Positions 30,927-40,945 of a stretch of DNA of 64,000 nt are shown here, in pieces (position 1 is the stretch's first letter; every line of letters starts with the position of its first letter). A program made the position numbers and the translations under genes. The notes under the pieces are model-generated. The model was given only the letters and a program-made list of their open reading frames with translations. It was not told the origin of the DNA and ran no database searches. This DNA is from Syntrophorhabdaceae bacterium (GTDB lineage: Bacteria; Desulfobacterota; Syntrophorhabdia; Syntrophorhabdales; Syntrophorhabdaceae), in contig OY762209.1 of NCBI GenBank assembly GCA_963665295.1, forward strand, positions 416,001 through 480,000, in the 5' to 3' direction.

Positions 30927-31304
30927 ATGGCAATCCTGAACTTTGACAAACAGTTCGCGGCGGACGTTGAAACAGGGTACAAACGACAGACCATCCGGGC
31001 CGAGCGCAAGCGGCCCATCAAGAAGGGCGAAAAGCTTTATCTCTATACGGCGCTCAGGACGAAGCAGGCGCGGCTACTCAGGTGCGCGTTCTGCCTCGCG
31101 GCCGACGGGATCGAGATCAGGTCCACGGGAAAGGTCGTGGTGTACCTAAAGGAGAATCAGGCAGGGATAACCCTTACCGACACGGGCAAAGAAGGCCTCG
31201 CGCGCGCTGACGGATTCAAAGGCCCTGACGCGTTTGGTGAGATGTTGAAATTCTTCAGGGAAAAACACGGTCTGCCCTTCTTCGGGCAGCTAATCAAGTG
31301 GTGA
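30927..31304 (+). CDS. ASCH/PUA-fold protein
   Basis: LNF...GYKRQTIR...G-x-K-LYLY...ARADGF. Confidence 0.75.
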   Translation: MAILNFDKQFAADVETGYKRQTIRAERKRPIKKGEKLYLYTALRTKQARLLRCAFCLAADGIEIRSTGKVVVYLKENQAGITLTDTGKEGLARADGFKGPDAFGEMLKFFREKHGLPFFGQLIKW

Positions 31305-31305
31305 G

Positions 31306-31581
31306 GTGAACATGGGATCGGTAACGCTCAAAGCCAAGCAGCAGCATAGCTATAAGAAATACCCGGCCAGTAGTGAAAGACTGTGCGTGACGTGCAATTT
31401 CTACGTACCTGACCTACGACAGTTCATGCGCGATGAAGCGTCGGTGTCGGAACCCCGTTGCGCCATGCTCGGTCTCAAGAGCGCCCCGGCGTACCGGGTC
31501 CTGCCGGATCACGGGTGCGACGCCCATGACAACAGCGAATACATGGCGCGTCTGGAGCGGCGCGCAAAGGAGAAAGAATAG
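31306..31581 (+). CDS. Cys-rich hypothetical protein
   Basis: CVTC...C...CD; in operon. Confidence 0.55.
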   Translation: MNMGSVTLKAKQQHSYKKYPASSERLCVTCNFYVPDLRQFMRDEASVSEPRCAMLGLKSAPAYRVLPDHGCDAHDNSEYMARLERRAKEKE

Positions 31582-31584
31582 GCG

Positions 31585-31779
31585 ATGGACGGGACAATGA
31601 CGTTGACGGAAGCTCACGAAAAGGCACAGGTAGGCGATAAGCTGAAGCACCTGGAGCGCCAGCTTATTCTCGTGAGAAAAGAGACGTTCATGGCGACGGT
31701 GAAAGGCATGGGACCGAAGTGGATGGACGTCTTTCATGGCGAGGGATGGATCATTATCCCCGCAAAGAAGGGGAACTAA
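31585..31779 (+). CDS. Hypothetical protein
   Basis: AAGGAG RBS; in operon. Confidence 0.5.
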   Translation: MDGTMTLTEAHEKAQVGDKLKHLERQLILVRKETFMATVKGMGPKWMDVFHGEGWIIIPAKKGN

Positions 31780-32055
31780 ATGGAAGACCTGTCGCCCCGG
31801 CATCAAAAGCCATGGCCGGTGTCGGAAAAGCAGCGCGGGGAGATCGCGCGGTATGCTGCCGCTATCACCTGGAGGATCAAAAACGGCTTCGACGCGTGGC
31901 TGCTAACCCGTCATCGCTACACATCGGTTGAGAATATCCCGGATTGGCACGCGGCGGCGAAAGTGATCGACTCCCTCCGGGCCATGTGCCGGAGGGAACA
32001 CAATTGTAGGAGGTGTGTCACTGCGTGCAGCGAATGGACAGAGAGGTATACATAG
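31780..32055 (+). CDS. GemA C-terminal-like protein
   Basis: SEKQRGEI...W...AAKVIDSLRAM. Confidence 0.5.
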   Translation: MEDLSPRHQKPWPVSEKQRGEIARYAAAITWRIKNGFDAWLLTRHRYTSVENIPDWHAAAKVIDSLRAMCRREHNCRRCVTACSEWTERYT

Positions 32056-32319
32056 ATGGTACCTGTTAAACTGAGGGAAAACACGCTCATCGAACGGTGC
32101 CCGAAGTGCGGGAACAACACGGAGTTTTCGGCGTTCTCCCGCCAATGTGGCGTTGACATTTGCGAAATATGGGTTAAATGCTCCTGCGGGTATGACCCTA
32201 CCGGAGGGGACAGTATGAAAAGAGTCGAGGACACGTGGGGATCGTTGACGCAGGGAACGATAGAGATGGCCCTGGATGTCTGGAACGGAGAAATACAAGA
32301 GGCAAGGAGCCCGGCATAG
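32056..32319 (+). CDS. Lar-like Zn-ribbon protein
   Basis: CPKCG...VKCSCG...ALDVWN. Confidence 0.5.
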   Translation: MVPVKLRENTLIERCPKCGNNTEFSAFSRQCGVDICEIWVKCSCGYDPTGGDSMKRVEDTWGSLTQGTIEMALDVWNGEIQEARSPA

Positions 32320-32622
32320 ATGGAGTCCTGGGTATACAAGATCATGCCGCAACTCACGATGGAGGACCTCCCCGAGGGATACCGGGTCGTGGCTGATATC
32401 GTGGGCATTGAGAACGCCGTGAAACTGTCGGAACATCTGGGGGGACTTCCTTTCTACTTCCCCCAGATCGACGGATTGCTCCGGCGCAAGCGGGACGCGG
32501 CCATAAGAAAGGAGTTCAACGGGAGCAATTACCGCGATCTTGCCCGGAAATACAACTTGACGGAACGCTGGATTCGTGAAATAGTAGATAGTTCCACCCA
32601 CGAACAATCCCCCCTTTTCTGA
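32320..32622 (+). CDS. Mor/C-family transcription activator
   Basis: GGLPFYFP...RDAAIRKEFNGSNYRDLARKYNLTERWIREIV. Confidence 0.92.
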   Translation: MESWVYKIMPQLTMEDLPEGYRVVADIVGIENAVKLSEHLGGLPFYFPQIDGLLRRKRDAAIRKEFNGSNYRDLARKYNLTERWIREIVDSSTHEQSPLF

Positions 32623-32883
32623 CCCACCACAGAGAATTGAAATAGTGAAGTGCTTCTTCGGACCCCATAGGGGCGTCCGTGGTCTAATCTCGTCATGCAA
32701 GAGCCCCATTTGAGAACCGAAAGCGCGACGGCCGTATCCTCCCCGAAGGCGTCGCGCTTTCACCCCCAGAAGATAACCCGGACGACCAATAGACCTCAGG
32801 GCCGGGGAGCGGATTCCGTCCGCCCCCGACCCCCGCATGACGAATGCAAATGCCCGTAGGGCATAACATAGCGAGGAAAAACC

Positions 32884-33357
32884 ATGAAAGAGAACTTTGA
32901 ACCGATTCTGCAATTCACTCTCAACGAAGAAAGGGGCTTTGTGGTTGACCATGCGGGCGCGACGAAGATGGGCCTTACCATCGGCCTTATGAAGGCGTTG
33001 AAGCTCGACCTTAACCATGACGGGGTGGTGGACGTGGGGGACGTCAAAATGGTGGATGCTCCGCTCGTAAGAAAGGTGTTCCGCGCCGAATTCTGGGACC
33101 GGATTCATGGGGATGACCTCCCCTCGGGGATTGACCTCATCGCCGCCGATTTCTGCTACAACGCGGGTCCCCAGGCGGCAAAGACCATCGCCATGTACAA
33201 GGACATCGGGGAATGCACGCTCCGGCGTCAGATGTACTACTGGACCCTGAGACAGGGCAACCCGGGCAAGTACAAAGACGATTTCGACGGATGGATAGGC
33301 CGGTCCCTGCGTTGCTGGCAGAGGGCCGTGGAATTACAGGCGGGATACCGCAAATGA
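32884..33357 (+). CDS. Endolysin (glycoside hydrolase 108-like)
   Basis: E-x-GFVVD-x-AGATKMGLT, FWD, DFCYNAG, FDGWIGR. Confidence 0.8.
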   Translation: MKENFEPILQFTLNEERGFVVDHAGATKMGLTIGLMKALKLDLNHDGVVDVGDVKMVDAPLVRKVFRAEFWDRIHGDDLPSGIDLIAADFCYNAGPQAAKTIAMYKDIGECTLRRQMYYWTLRQGNPGKYKDDFDGWIGRSLRCWQRAVELQAGYRK

Positions 33358-33389
33358 AGTCACGAGCAAAAACCAACAGGAGGTATCAC

Positions 33390-33806
33390 ATGGAAAAACT
33401 TACGGCACGGCGTTTCATCTTGTTATCACTGGTAACCCTTCTCGCCCTCGGGACATTCGCCGGGTGCGCTTCGACGGGGACCGGCACAAACGACCGGGCG
33501 TGGCAACAGACGGCCACGGACGGGTATGTCGCCGTGGGGCTGGCGCTCAACACCGCGAAGGCGACGGCCGACACCCTGGTCGCGACGGGGACTATTCCGG
33601 CGGACAAGAAAGCCCGGATCGACGCGGCCTATAAGATCGCCTATGACAGCTACATTGCCGCAGGCGACCTGCTTGCCGCCGCAATCGAGACACAGGACGC
33701 GGCCGGGGAAAAAGACGCGATGGCGGCCTATAACGCGGCCCTCACCAAACTTCCCGGGCTCGTCGCCCAGGTGACGCAGATCGTCGCGGAGGTGGAAGCG
33801 AGATGA
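33390..33806 (+). CDS. Lipoprotein of the lysis module
   Basis: Lipobox FAGC after a hydrophobic stretch. Confidence 0.75.
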   Translation: MEKLTARRFILLSLVTLLALGTFAGCASTGTGTNDRAWQQTATDGYVAVGLALNTAKATADTLVATGTIPADKKARIDAAYKIAYDSYIAAGDLLAAAIETQDAAGEKDAMAAYNAALTKLPGLVAQVTQIVAEVEAR

Positions 33807-34021
33807 CCGCCGCCGCCGCATTACAGTTACTCGGGCTGCTGCTCACCCTCGCCACTCAGATGCCTCAGGCGGTGGAAGCAATCGAGCAGGTGATAAAACA
33901 CGTTGAGGCATTGCTTGACGGAGAGGAAATACCCATTGAGGACCGGCCCGTGCTCCTTGCGAAGATCCGGAACATTCAGGCCATGCTCCCCCGGCCCGCA
34001 CAGGCGGGAGGTGCCGCATGA
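33803..34021 (+). CDS. Small hypothetical protein
   Basis: ATGA-coupled on both sides. Confidence 0.6.
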   Translation: MTAAAALQLLGLLLTLATQMPQAVEAIEQVIKHVEALLDGEEIPIEDRPVLLAKIRNIQAMLPRPAQAGGAA

Positions 34022-34527
34022 ACGATCTTGCCCGGTACAATTCCGTGAAACATATGCTTCAGACGGGGGATTTACTGCTCTGGAAGTCGGACAGCCTGCT
34101 CGGCGAGGCTATACGCCTTTTTTCGAAAGCAAACGTGAACCACGCGAGCTTGGTGTTTCAAATCACCCCCTACGAGGGCTCTGAACACAGGCGGTTTACC
34201 TCGGAGGCCCTGGAACACGGGGTTGTGCTTAATCTCCTGTCGAAGCGCCTTGCCGAGTTCGGCGGCGAAGTCTGGTGGTACCCGCTCAACGCGGACATGA
34301 GCGCACAGCGCATTGCGATAGGCGAGCGCGCCCTCCAGTACCTCGGCACGCCTTACGATTACGAGGCCCTGTTTCAGCAGGCCGTTGAAAGGGTCAAAGC
34401 CGACCCGGAAAAGCTCTTTTGCAGCGAATACTGTTTCCTTTGCTACGGACTCGAAGGGATCGCGCCCCGGCCGGGGGACATGCCCGCCCTGGGCCTGTTC
34501 AGCGAACCATTGAAAATTGTGGGGTGA
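34018..34527 (+). CDS. Permuted papain-like (YaeF/YiiX, NlpC/P60 superfamily) enzyme
   Basis: LQTGDLLL...NHASL...GTPYD...LFCSE, His before Cys. Confidence 0.8.
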   Translation: MNDLARYNSVKHMLQTGDLLLWKSDSLLGEAIRLFSKANVNHASLVFQITPYEGSEHRRFTSEALEHGVVLNLLSKRLAEFGGEVWWYPLNADMSAQRIAIGERALQYLGTPYDYEALFQQAVERVKADPEKLFCSEYCFLCYGLEGIAPRPGDMPALGLFSEPLKIVG

Positions 34528-34530
34528 CCA

Positions 34531-34728
34531 TTGAAAGGCATGAAAGGCATCTTCAAAAACTGGAAAACGACGGCGGCCGGTCTTGTCGGGGGCGCGATCA
34601 TCGCAATCATCCCTGTGTTACAGACCGGCAGTTTTACCGCACGCGACCTCGTCATAGGCGGGGTCATGGGCGCCCTGGGTGTACTCGCGAAAGACTTAAA
34701 CGTCACGGGCGGAGCGGTGGGGCAATGA
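34531..34728 (+). CDS. Holin-like membrane protein
   Basis: KNWKTT, two TM helices, AKD. Confidence 0.7.
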   Translation: MKGMKGIFKNWKTTAAGLVGGAIIAIIPVLQTGSFTARDLVIGGVMGALGVLAKDLNVTGGAVGQ

Positions 34729-35063
34729 CGGAGCACTGGCAGATAATAACCACCCTCGTGATTGTAATGGGCGTACTCGACGGCCTCTCCCTCTGGGCGA
34801 TGCGGTTTGTCGTGGCGCGCGCCTTTGCCGGACAGCGCGATCAATACCGGGATCAGCTTGCGGAGGCAACCAAGCGATGTACGGAGCTTACAGGTGTGCT
34901 TAACAGCTACCAGGGGATAGAGCGGCAGGTCCTCGAACTCAAGGCGGTCCTGCCCCTCGAATATGTCCGCAAAGAAGATTTTATCCGCCACGAAGTGGTG
35001 ATCAACGCTAAATTGGACAGGATAATGGAGAGACTACCCAAAGGAGGTAACCAGTGCCAATAG
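34725..35063 (+). CDS. Mu gp25-like membrane/coiled-coil protein
   Basis: N-terminal TM; LPLEYVRKEDFIR...KLD. Confidence 0.7.
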   Translation: MTEHWQIITTLVIVMGVLDGLSLWAMRFVVARAFAGQRDQYRDQLAEATKRCTELTGVLNSYQGIERQVLELKAVLPLEYVRKEDFIRHEVVINAKLDRIMERLPKGGNQCQ

Positions 35064-35365
35064 CTATTGACCTTGAAAGGGCGCGGCGCGAAGAGCTGCG
35101 CTGGCTCATCCTGCTCGCTCTCAATGCCGCCCGACCCATGGGCACGTCGGAGGCGGTAATTAAAAACGCGATCGAACCGGTGATCCTTGACATTACACAG
35201 CACGATGTCCGGACCGAGCTTGACTATCTCGATGAGCGCGGCCTCATCCACGTGACCGGCAAGGACGGCATTGTGTGGCATGGCAAAATCAACAGGTACG
35301 GAATCGACGTGGTGGAATATAGCGTCGAATGCGATCCCGGAATAAAGCGCCCGAGGCAGTGCTGA
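35054..35365 (+). CDS. Mu gp26-like winged-helix protein
   Basis: LRWLIL...ELDYL...GIDVVEY...PGIKRP. Confidence 0.75.
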   Translation: MPIAIDLERARREELRWLILLALNAARPMGTSEAVIKNAIEPVILDITQHDVRTELDYLDERGLIHVTGKDGIVWHGKINRYGIDVVEYSVECDPGIKRPRQC

Positions 35366-35934
35366 TGGCCCAACGCTCAAAGGTTCTGAGCCTCCCGGAT
35401 GAGGTAAAAGCGGAACTCGACAAGCGCCTCGTACGCGGCGGGTTTTGCGATTACGTCGCCCTTTCGGAGTGGCTCTGCGAGCAAGGGTACGAGATCAGCA
35501 AGAGCGCAATCCATCGCTACGGGCAAGCATTTGACGAACGCCTTTCCGCGATTAGGATAGCCACCGAGCAGGCCCGGGCAGTGACGGAAGCGGCCAGGGA
35601 TGAGGAAGGGGCCATGAATGAAGCCCTTATCAGGCTCGTACAACAGGAGGCGTTCAAAGTCCTGGTCAACCTCAATGATGAGGACAAAAACGCTATGTTG
35701 CCCAAGGTGGGGCTTATGGTGGCGAAGCTGAGCAAGGCGGCTGTCGGTCAGAAAAAATGGGCATCCGAAGTAAAAACGAAGGCGGAAGTATTTAAGGCGG
35801 GATTTTTCATGGAGTTCATGAAGGAATACATATCATGGCTCTCGCGAAACGACGCGGACGCGGTACAGGTCATCGAAAGAAACTTTGACCCTTTTATGGC
35901 GTATGCAAAGGAAAAGTATGTCGGGAAAGACTGA
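35365..35934 (+). CDS. Terminase small subunit (DUF3486/gp27-like)
   Basis: RSKVLSLP...GYEISKSAIHRYG; precedes TerL. Confidence 0.85.
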   Translation: MAQRSKVLSLPDEVKAELDKRLVRGGFCDYVALSEWLCEQGYEISKSAIHRYGQAFDERLSAIRIATEQARAVTEAARDEEGAMNEALIRLVQQEAFKVLVNLNDEDKNAMLPKVGLMVAKLSKAAVGQKKWASEVKTKAEVFKAGFFMEFMKEYISWLSRNDADAVQVIERNFDPFMAYAKEKYVGKD

Positions 35935-37624
35935 CCGCGCCCAGTTCGATAAGGAAATAGAGATTCTCCGGGCGCTTATCCAGGCCAAAGCCAAGCCCTT
36001 TGCCGATGATCCGAAAGCCCGTCAGGAGAGGATTGACCGGGCAGCGAAGGACATGGAGTTTTTCGGCCGGACCTATTTTCCTCATTATATCCTTTCCGCG
36101 CCGTCGGACCTGCACCGCTACATTTGTGACAGGTTCCCGCGCCTGATCAAAAAAGCGATAGACACGGGGGAAGGCAGCCGGGAAGCGGACGCGGCCCCTC
36201 GGGGGAACGCGAAATCGACGTGGACAACCCTTATCCTGCCGCTCTGGGTTGCCGCCTACAAATACCGCTATTTCCCGCTTATCGTCTCGGAAACGGCGTC
36301 CCAGTCAGAGGAGTTTATCGAGTTTATCAAGGCGGAACTTGAGACAAACGAGCGCCTTGCCCAGGACTTCCCCGACCTCTGCGGAAAAGGACCGGTCTGG
36401 CGGGCGGGCATGATCATTACCCGGAACGGCGTCAAGATACGCGGCGCGGGATCGGGCCAGAAACTCCGGGGCATGAGACACCGGGCGAAACGGCCCGACC
36501 TCGTGATCGGCGACGATCTTGAAAACGATGAGGCCGTGGAATCTCCGGATCAGAGGAAGAAACTTGAAAAGTGGTTTTTCAAAGCCTTGATGAAAATAGG
36601 TCAGCCCGACACGGTCCATATCATCGTGGGCACCATCCTCCATTACGACAGCCTTTTAATGGGGCTCCTCAAGCGGCCCGGCTGGAAGGGGAAGAAATTT
36701 CAGGCTGTGATCAAATGGGCCACGAATAAGAAGCTCTGGGAGCGGTGGGAACAAATATATGCGGATATCAGCATCGGCAAAGAGGAAGCGGAAGCCGCGG
36801 CGAACGAGTTCTACCACGCCAATGAAGCCGAGATGCTTAAGGGCGCGGAGGTCCTGTGGCCGGAGAGAGAACCGTATTACTACCTCATGCAGATGTATGT
36901 ATCTGAAGGCCCGGCGTATTTCTACTCGGAGAAGCAGAACGAGCCCATCAACCCGGAGGATGCGATCTTCCTGGAGGAATGGATTCAGTATTACGACGAT
37001 GACGAGGTGGATCTCACGGGCATTCCCCAGGGCGGGGCCTGCGACCCTTCGATGGGCAAAAAGTCAAAACACGCGGACCCCTCGGCGATCATGGGCGGCA
37101 GGTTCAAGAACAACGTGATTTACCTCACCGTTGCCGACATCGAAAAGAGGCACCCCGACAAGATCACGGATGATATTCTCACCTATCACGAGCGGGACCC
37201 GTTCAACGAACTCGCCATCGAGGAAATACAGTTTCAGGAGTTTTTCAAGGACCATTTTGAAAAGGAGGCGCACAGACGCGGCCTCACCATAAACGTGACA
37301 GGAGACAGGCCCAACACGGACAAGGACTTACGCATAGTCACGTTGCAGCCCTGGATCAAGAACGGCTGGATCAGGTTTAAACGCTATGGCATGGGCGAAC
37401 TGATAAAACAACTCATTTATTACCGCCCCAAAGGCAAAGGCGGTCATGACGACGGCCCGGATGCATTGGAGATGCTGAAGAGGCTGCTGGAGCGGGGGAT
37501 GATCCGCGCGGCCGCGGCGTCGAACGAGGCTACCGAGGAAGACTATCACGCGAGCAGACCGGGGCGACCGGAGAGAATGAGAGACCATTACAGTCAGGTT
37601 AGAACGAGGAGACGGGCCGCATGA
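35918..37624 (+). CDS. Terminase large subunit
   Basis: APRGNAKST, RPDLVIGDDLE, GTILH, DPS, HDDGPDA. Confidence 0.92.
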   Translation: MSGKTDRAQFDKEIEILRALIQAKAKPFADDPKARQERIDRAAKDMEFFGRTYFPHYILSAPSDLHRYICDRFPRLIKKAIDTGEGSREADAAPRGNAKSTWTTLILPLWVAAYKYRYFPLIVSETASQSEEFIEFIKAELETNERLAQDFPDLCGKGPVWRAGMIITRNGVKIRGAGSGQKLRGMRHRAKRPDLVIGDDLENDEAVESPDQRKKLEKWFFKALMKIGQPDTVHIIVGTILHYDSLLMGLLKRPGWKGKKFQAVIKWATNKKLWERWEQIYADISIGKEEAEAAANEFYHANEAEMLKGAEVLWPEREPYYYLMQMYVSEGPAYFYSEKQNEPINPEDAIFLEEWIQYYDDDEVDLTGIPQGGACDPSMGKKSKHADPSAIMGGRFKNNVIYLTVADIEKRHPDKITDDILTYHERDPFNELAIEEIQFQEFFKDHFEKEAHRRGLTINVTGDRPNTDKDLRIVTLQPWIKNGWIRFKRYGMGELIKQLIYYRPKGKGGHDDGPDALEMLKRLLERGMIRAAAASNEATEEDYHASRPGRPERMRDHYSQVRTRRRAA

Positions 37625-39114
37625 GTAAAGCCATATCGCAGTATTGGGAAAAACAGCAGCGAGCGGAGACGGAAGCACCGAAGCCCGACGCTCCTGAGAC
37701 CATAAAGGCCGCATCCTACCTGGACGCGCCTAATATCGGTCAGGAGGGGACGGTCTGGCGGAGGCTGACCCAGAGCCCCAACCGGGACTTGATACCCATA
37801 GAACAGGACCGGATGATCGAAATTGCGTTCTGGCTCTGGCATACAAACCCGCTTGCCAAGTGGCTCATTGACCTCACTGTCGCGTTTATCCTTGCGGACG
37901 GGCTGCCTTACACCGCCGAGAACGAGGAGGTGAAGGAAGTGCTGGACGGGTTCTGGAATGACCCGCTTAACAGGATGCCCCTTTATTTCCCCAAGCACGT
38001 GGGGGAACTCCGGACCTTCGGGGAGCTTTGCTTCCCCGCGTTTACCGCGAAGCAGACGGGACGGGTCCACGTCGGGTATATCGACCCCGCCCAGATCCGG
38101 GACGTGATCACCGATCCGGAGAACGTGCGCGTGGTGATCGGCGTTTTGACCAAGGGGTGGGTAGGTTCCGTGGGCGGGTTCGACACCTCCGTGGAGCCGA
38201 AAGCGTATAAAACCATACTGCCAGAGGAAGCGGAATATGTCCTTTCGGACAAGGCTAAGGCGCTTCGCGATCAGTTCACCGACGGGGAGTGTTTTTACTG
38301 GTCCATCAACAACGTGACGAACTCGCCCAGGGGACGTTCCGACCTCCTGGTTGTCGCTGACTGGCTCGACGTGTATGAGCAGTTTCTATACGATTACGCG
38401 GATAAGTGGCCCATGCTCAACGCGTTTGTGTGGGACCTCACGGTAAGCGGCGGGGATAAAACCGAAATACAGGATCAGGTGAAGAACTTTTCCAAGAAGA
38501 GCGGGTCCGTGTTCGGGCACAACGAAAAGATCACCCTCACCGCCATGGCCCCCAAACTCGAAAGCGTGGAGGCCGGGGAAGGCGCACGGATATTCAGAAA
38601 CCACATCCTCGGGAGCTTCGGATACCCGGAACACTGGTACGGGGGCGGAGGGGATGTAAACAGGGCCACGGCGTCCGAAATGGATATGCCGAGCCTCAAG
38701 ATGCTCTCCCTCAAACAACTTGTCGTCAAATACATGATCGAGGACATGCTTTCCTACCAGATCAGGCAGGCCAGGGCGGCGCGGTACCTCCGGGTAAATG
38801 ACGACGAATGTGGCTTCTCCGTAGCCACTCCGGAGATGAACACGAAGGACACGAGCAAACTCTCCGCGGCGGCCCAGCAGACGGCCACGGCCATCATGAC
38901 GGGGGAAATGCAGGGCTGGATCGACAAGGACACGGCGGCGCGCATGTACGCGAGCATCATGAGCTATACCGGCGTTGACATCGATCTTGACGACATCAGG
39001 GCGAAGCTGGAAGAAGAGGCGGAAACAAAGGGCTATGAGGATTACAAAGGCATGAACAAAAAGCCCCCCTTGAGGGCGGTGGATACAGGCGACGGGGGCA
39101 AGAATGCAAAATAG
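37621..39114 (+). CDS. Portal protein
   Basis: 497 aa after TerL; NPLAK, GRSDL, PEHWYG. Confidence 0.8.
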   Translation: MSKAISQYWEKQQRAETEAPKPDAPETIKAASYLDAPNIGQEGTVWRRLTQSPNRDLIPIEQDRMIEIAFWLWHTNPLAKWLIDLTVAFILADGLPYTAENEEVKEVLDGFWNDPLNRMPLYFPKHVGELRTFGELCFPAFTAKQTGRVHVGYIDPAQIRDVITDPENVRVVIGVLTKGWVGSVGGFDTSVEPKAYKTILPEEAEYVLSDKAKALRDQFTDGECFYWSINNVTNSPRGRSDLLVVADWLDVYEQFLYDYADKWPMLNAFVWDLTVSGGDKTEIQDQVKNFSKKSGSVFGHNEKITLTAMAPKLESVEAGEGARIFRNHILGSFGYPEHWYGGGGDVNRATASEMDMPSLKMLSLKQLVVKYMIEDMLSYQIRQARAARYLRVNDDECGFSVATPEMNTKDTSKLSAAAQQTATAIMTGEMQGWIDKDTAARMYASIMSYTGVDIDLDDIRAKLEEEAETKGYEDYKGMNKKPPLRAVDTGDGGKNAK

Positions 39115-39274
39115 GGCCTACAGCGCATCGCGGGCGGTCCGTGAGTGCAAATGGACGGGTAAGCCCCCTACCGTGCAGCCTGTCGAAGTTTCAACGGGTT
39201 CGCAACGGCAATACAGGAACGAGTGCGGTTCCTGTTTCGGGGCGCGGGACGGTTTAAGGGGAAGATAGGGAAAA

Positions 39275-40732
39275 ATGAGGGTTACCAAGGCCATAGAGAA
39301 GGCGCTCAAGGAAAAGGACCGGGGGATTATCTCCGGTGTGAAATCCATGAGATCAATTATGAAGGACCTGCACGGGCAGGTTATGGCCGAACTCGGGAAA
39401 GCGGCCCTCGGGACGTGGGATTCCTACCACCTCCGGCAGTTTCTCGATTCCATTGAATTTCAGATGGCGAATTACACGGGCGTTGCAAAGACGGAAATGT
39501 CGGGCCTCCTGGACAGGGCGTGGGCGACCGGCAAAGACCTTGTGGACAAACCCCTCCTCGCGGCCGGGATTCAGATGGGCGGGTACCACCTGGGCACATC
39601 TGTGCTCGATCAGCTTAAAGAGTATTCCTCGGACTATCTGGGCAACATGTTCGGGGACGCATGGCACCAGGTCAAGGGAGAGATCAGCCTCGGGATCGTG
39701 GGCGGCAAGACGCCCCAGGAAGTTGCGAAGGCGATAGGCGAGAACATGGACTCCGGACGGTTCCGGAACATCGCCCGCCGGGCGGAGACGATCACTCAGA
39801 CCGAGATGGGCACCGTTTTTTCGGTCGCAACCCAGAAACGAATGGAACAGGCCGCCGAGAAGGTGGAAGGCCTTGAAAAGGAGTGGAAACACGTGGGCCA
39901 CCCCATGGTACCGCGCTTGAGTCACCTCGCGGCCGACGGGCAGCACGTGCCGGTGGATAAGCCGTTTGTGATCGGGGGCGTCAAGATGATGTTCCCCCGC
40001 GATCCGGGAGCGCCCATAGGGGAGATCATCCATTGCGGGTGCGACCACGTGCCGTATCATGCGCTTTGGGAAAGACAAGCGAAGGGTGAGGAAACCCGAC
40101 CCTACGAGCCGAAATTTGACGGGATAAAGGGCAGGGACCTGCGCGTGAACGCGGAGGATGCCATGAAGGATGCGCCTCCCGAGATCGCGCGCATCGTCGA
40201 GAGGTATGCGCCTGATGTGAAGGCGAGACGGACAAGCGGCGGATCGCATTACGACTTCACAAAGAAAACGATATTGATCAGCAGCGATGCGGTTATGGAC
40301 GGCAACACCCGGTCCTTTGCCCATGAGTTCGGACACTTTGTGGATATGGACGGAGGCAGGGAGATACGCCCCGACAGAGCGTTTTCCGTCAGAGGACCCT
40401 TTGCGGACGCGCTTAGAGCCGAGCGCAACGAGATCGTTGCGGACAAGGCGAAGCTCGCGCGCCTGCAAGGGGACATAAACAACATGACGGGCCAGTGGAA
40501 CCGCAATCCCGGTCTTTCCGATCTATTCGGCGCGGTTACAAACAACATGGTTGTCGGGAGGTTCGGTCACTGGGGGGGCTATTACGCGGACCGGCCCGGA
40601 TGGGGAGCCCCGATGCAGGCTTTCGCCAATCTCTTCGCCATGGCGGCCCAGAAAACAGACGGTCTGGAGTACATACAGAAAGAACTTCCCCGGTTGTGGG
40701 CCGAGTTTCAGGTGATCATCAATGGGTTATGA
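39275..40732 (+). CDS. MuF minor head protein with C-terminal HExxH extension
   Basis: RAETITQTE, KEW, R-x-SH...DG, FPRDP, IHCGC; then about 220 aa containing AHEFGH. Confidence 0.85.
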   Translation: MRVTKAIEKALKEKDRGIISGVKSMRSIMKDLHGQVMAELGKAALGTWDSYHLRQFLDSIEFQMANYTGVAKTEMSGLLDRAWATGKDLVDKPLLAAGIQMGGYHLGTSVLDQLKEYSSDYLGNMFGDAWHQVKGEISLGIVGGKTPQEVAKAIGENMDSGRFRNIARRAETITQTEMGTVFSVATQKRMEQAAEKVEGLEKEWKHVGHPMVPRLSHLAADGQHVPVDKPFVIGGVKMMFPRDPGAPIGEIIHCGCDHVPYHALWERQAKGEETRPYEPKFDGIKGRDLRVNAEDAMKDAPPEIARIVERYAPDVKARRTSGGSHYDFTKKTILISSDAVMDGNTRSFAHEFGHFVDMDGGREIRPDRAFSVRGPFADALRAERNEIVADKAKLARLQGDINNMTGQWNRNPGLSDLFGAVTNNMVVGRFGHWGGYYADRPGWGAPMQAFANLFAMAAQKTDGLEYIQKELPRLWAEFQVIINGL

Positions 40733-40735
40733 GGG

Positions 40736-40939
40736 CTATACGACGATGGTGTCGGGATACTCGTCCCATCCCTCTTCCGCATACGGGATGGGCTCCCCCT
40801 TCAGGAGGGCCTCTTTCATAAGGGATTCGAGTTTTCCGGCAGTGATCGGCGGGGCGCAGAACGTATCGAACATGCCGAATCTCGCCACATACGCGGTGAA
40901 AAGATCGCCGTCTACTGTAAGGAGTTCTGAATCTCTCAT
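40736..40939 (-). CDS. Small acidic protein, candidate MuF-toxin immunity
   Basis: 67 aa, convergent with muF; own consensus promoter. Confidence 0.7.
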   Translation of the reverse strand: MRDSELLTVDGDLFTAYVARFGMFDTFCAPPITAGKLESLMKEALLKGEPIPYAEEGWDEYPDTIVV

Positions 40940-40945
40940 ACTCAC

